From: Harriotta raleighana
Taxonomy: Eukaryota
Assembly: GCA_050575255.1 (NCBI GenBank)
Contig: JBNZDD010013615.1
Span: 281,461 to 345,460 of the forward strand
Direction: 5' to 3'
DNA length: 64,000 nucleotides
Shown in pieces: positions 61,802 through 64,000 of the stretch; within the stretch, counting starts at the first letter, position 1; every line of letters begins with the position of its first letter. The position numbers and the translations under genes are program-made. The notes beneath the pieces were generated by a model, which was not told the origin of the DNA, did no database searches, and saw nothing but the letters and a program-made list of their open reading frames with translations.

Positions 61802-62736
61802 TTAATTTTGCTTGTGTTGACCCCTGGCAAAATGACAAGCAAAGTCATACTTGTTTTTACACATGCATCCGCATATGTTACATTGGAATGGGTTCTCATA
61901 ACCATGGCACCCCATGTGAATAGTGTAAAGGATATTGTCTGCAAAATACATGTCACAGTGTTGGCAGTGATGCAGAAGCTGAGGATCCTGGATCTGAAGA
62001 GGAGGAGCTGGGGTGCTGGGCTGGCTGTTCGTCACGCTGGGTGTACTGGTGTGGGCACTGCGCTCACTACTCGGACCTGCCACAGGACTGAAGTTTCTCC
62101 GGTTTTGTGTAGGACACACATCTGGGCTGGTGGGGGATGAGCTTTGGACCACACTGGAAGCTACTATGGAAGCGGCTGGTGCTGTCGACTGTTGAGGAAT
62201 CACGTAAGGTTTTTCATCCCTGCAGGCTACCACGTCGGGAGATGCTGGAGCTTGGTTTTCAGGTGGAAGGCTGGACAACTGGCCTGCTAGAGTAGAAAGC
62301 TGGTTTAATGGATTATCTACCATAACATCATGCGTGTCCCTTGAGATCCCAAAAGAATGTGCTTTTTGCCAACCCTCATAAGATTCGGCCGATATATCAT
62401 GAGGAAAGTCGCAGAGGTAATCGGGCTTCTGCACCACCATTGAAGGAGGACTTAGGTTAATCAGAAGTCGTCTCGCATAACCCAGGGAGTTGCTAGATTT
62501 TTTCTGTAAAATTCCAAACATGTTCTTATTTGTCAGGGAGGTCCTAGTTCCTTTCAAGGGAAGAAGTTTGTGCCTACGTCTACGGTGATGGGACAAATTA
62601 CTTCGATCACTGCAGCAGAATGAACATAGCTCACATTTGTATGGTTTTTCGCCCGTGTGTGAGCGCATATGTGCTTCAAGATGCCGCTCATAAGCTGAAG
62701 CAAACGGGCATAGGTGGCATCTGTGGGGCTTCTCAC
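61802..62736 (-). CDS. IKZF5: Zinc finger protein Pegasus (IKAROS family 5), last coding exon
   Basis: acag|GT GAG AAG: GEKPHRCHLCPFASAYERHLEAHMRSHTGEKPYKCELCSFCCSDRSNLSHHRRRRH...DNPLNQLSTLAGQLSSLPP...HHCQHCDMYFADNILYTIHMGCHGYENPFQCNICG..CKNKYDFACHFARGQH; upstream exons lie beyond the window. Confidence 0.96.
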
Positions 62737-64000
62737 CTGTATCAGAAAGAATAGATCATCAAACTTGCCATTTTATGTCCCCCTTTAATTTGCAATTTCC
62801 CACCTCTAACCATCCTGTCCTTCAGATGGCGGTACTGAAGGAGCTGCATACCTCGGAGACCACCCTCATTAGCCACTTGGTTGTCAGTTGACAGGCAGTC
62901 TGCTTGCCACGTGACAAGATTGGCTGGTTCTGCATTTTTGTCCCTCTCAGTGTGAGACACTTCGGTTGGTCGGGTGTTTCCTATGTAAATGGCAAATAAG
63001 AACCGATGAAACTCCTCAAATGTATTGGCTTGTGGATATGTGCCACTCCCAACTTATTTTAAAACTGTGCGTGACAACAGTTTTCAGAGAAGAACTGACT
63101 AAATAAAACTTGCAGCCTTGACAAACCTTTCAAACTAATCACCAGTTCTGCAGCCCACTACATCTTTTCTGTTGAATGATTTTATCCCAAACATGAAGGT
63201 ACTTTCCTCTTACAAACGCAGATTGATTGATCCATCGTCAGGAGTCCACACAGATGGCTGAGCACTGGAAACTAGAAATCGTTTAAAATATTTTCTATAA
63301 CCTTGTTTCTCTAAATGATTTCTAGTTCCTTTTCATGCCTAGCCTGTTGTGTGAAGCCTACGTGAAGCCTCGACGACATGAAAGTTGCTATGTAAAATTG
63401 TCTTGTATATTTTATTCTACTCCACTGGTGGGTTATCCATTTGGAGCTTTTAATGGAGAAATCACGTAAACAAAATTGGGGATATAACTTATATCAAATT
63501 AAATTGTATCATGAATTGCCCCTGTAGAGCAAATGTGGAAAATAATTCTGTGTCACACTGGGAGCTACAGATACAACATCATATCCAGTCTGTTATTAAC
63601 AGTTAATATATGAGCTATGATGAGAAGAAAATCAAAAGGAAAACACATAAGGATATTTTTAATCATAATTAACCTTAATACTGTACACTATTTTCCCTAC
63701 TAAAAGGAGCAGTACTGTGTCTATGTTGGTGGCAATCAGGTTTTGCAGGTAATATTTTACATTTAACCCTTACCTGCTGCCTTGTTAGTCCTGGGTTTTT
63801 CACTTTAAACAGGGAGTCTCACCATCGGTACCCTTTTTAAAAAAAATCAAACCGTTACAAAGAATTAGGATTAAATTTAACATTGTTTTATTTATTTCTA
63901 TTTTTTTTGGTGATTTTTTTTTGTCAATACAGGGAGAACTGATGAGATATAGGGAAGTGGATACAAAAGAAGACACTGAGCCCAACAGTGTGAAGGAACG

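Overview
Vertebrate genomic DNA from a draft assembly, most likely a cartilaginous fish. This is inferred from the repeat content: tRNA/Deu-type SINEs, CR1, L2, Penelope ends and pogo/Tigger-like MITEs. The window has one 866-nt gap, a 34-nt gap and many single-N contig joins. Reading splice sites by hand gives five intron-containing genes: (1) the 3' part of a DMBT1/CUZD1-like gene with a repeated [SMB-microexon-SMB-microexon-CUB] unit followed by ZP, furin site and TM (+, to 10583); (2) C10orf88/PAAT (+, 6 exons, 12624-18968); (3) a complete 22-exon, ~792-aa, catalytically intact ADAM9-like metalloprotease (+, 22636-45866); (4) PSTK (+, 6 exons, ~49193-55264); (5) the last coding exon of IKZF5/Pegasus (-, 61802-62736). 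The neighbourhood matches human 10q26 (CUZD1-C10orf88-PSTK-IKZF5), where there is no ADAM9-type gene. The best leads are: a probable ADAM9 ohnolog on the 10q26 paralogon; intronic minimal hammerhead-ribozyme motifs in short Penelope-type inserts; an in-frame candidate cassette exon splitting an IKZF5 zinc-finger linker; Cys-supplying 30-nt microexons after 9-Cys SMB domains; and a possible unannotated spliced antisense transcript between the ADAM gene and PSTK. Homology calls come from recalled protein sequences, not from searches. Repeat boundaries are approximate.
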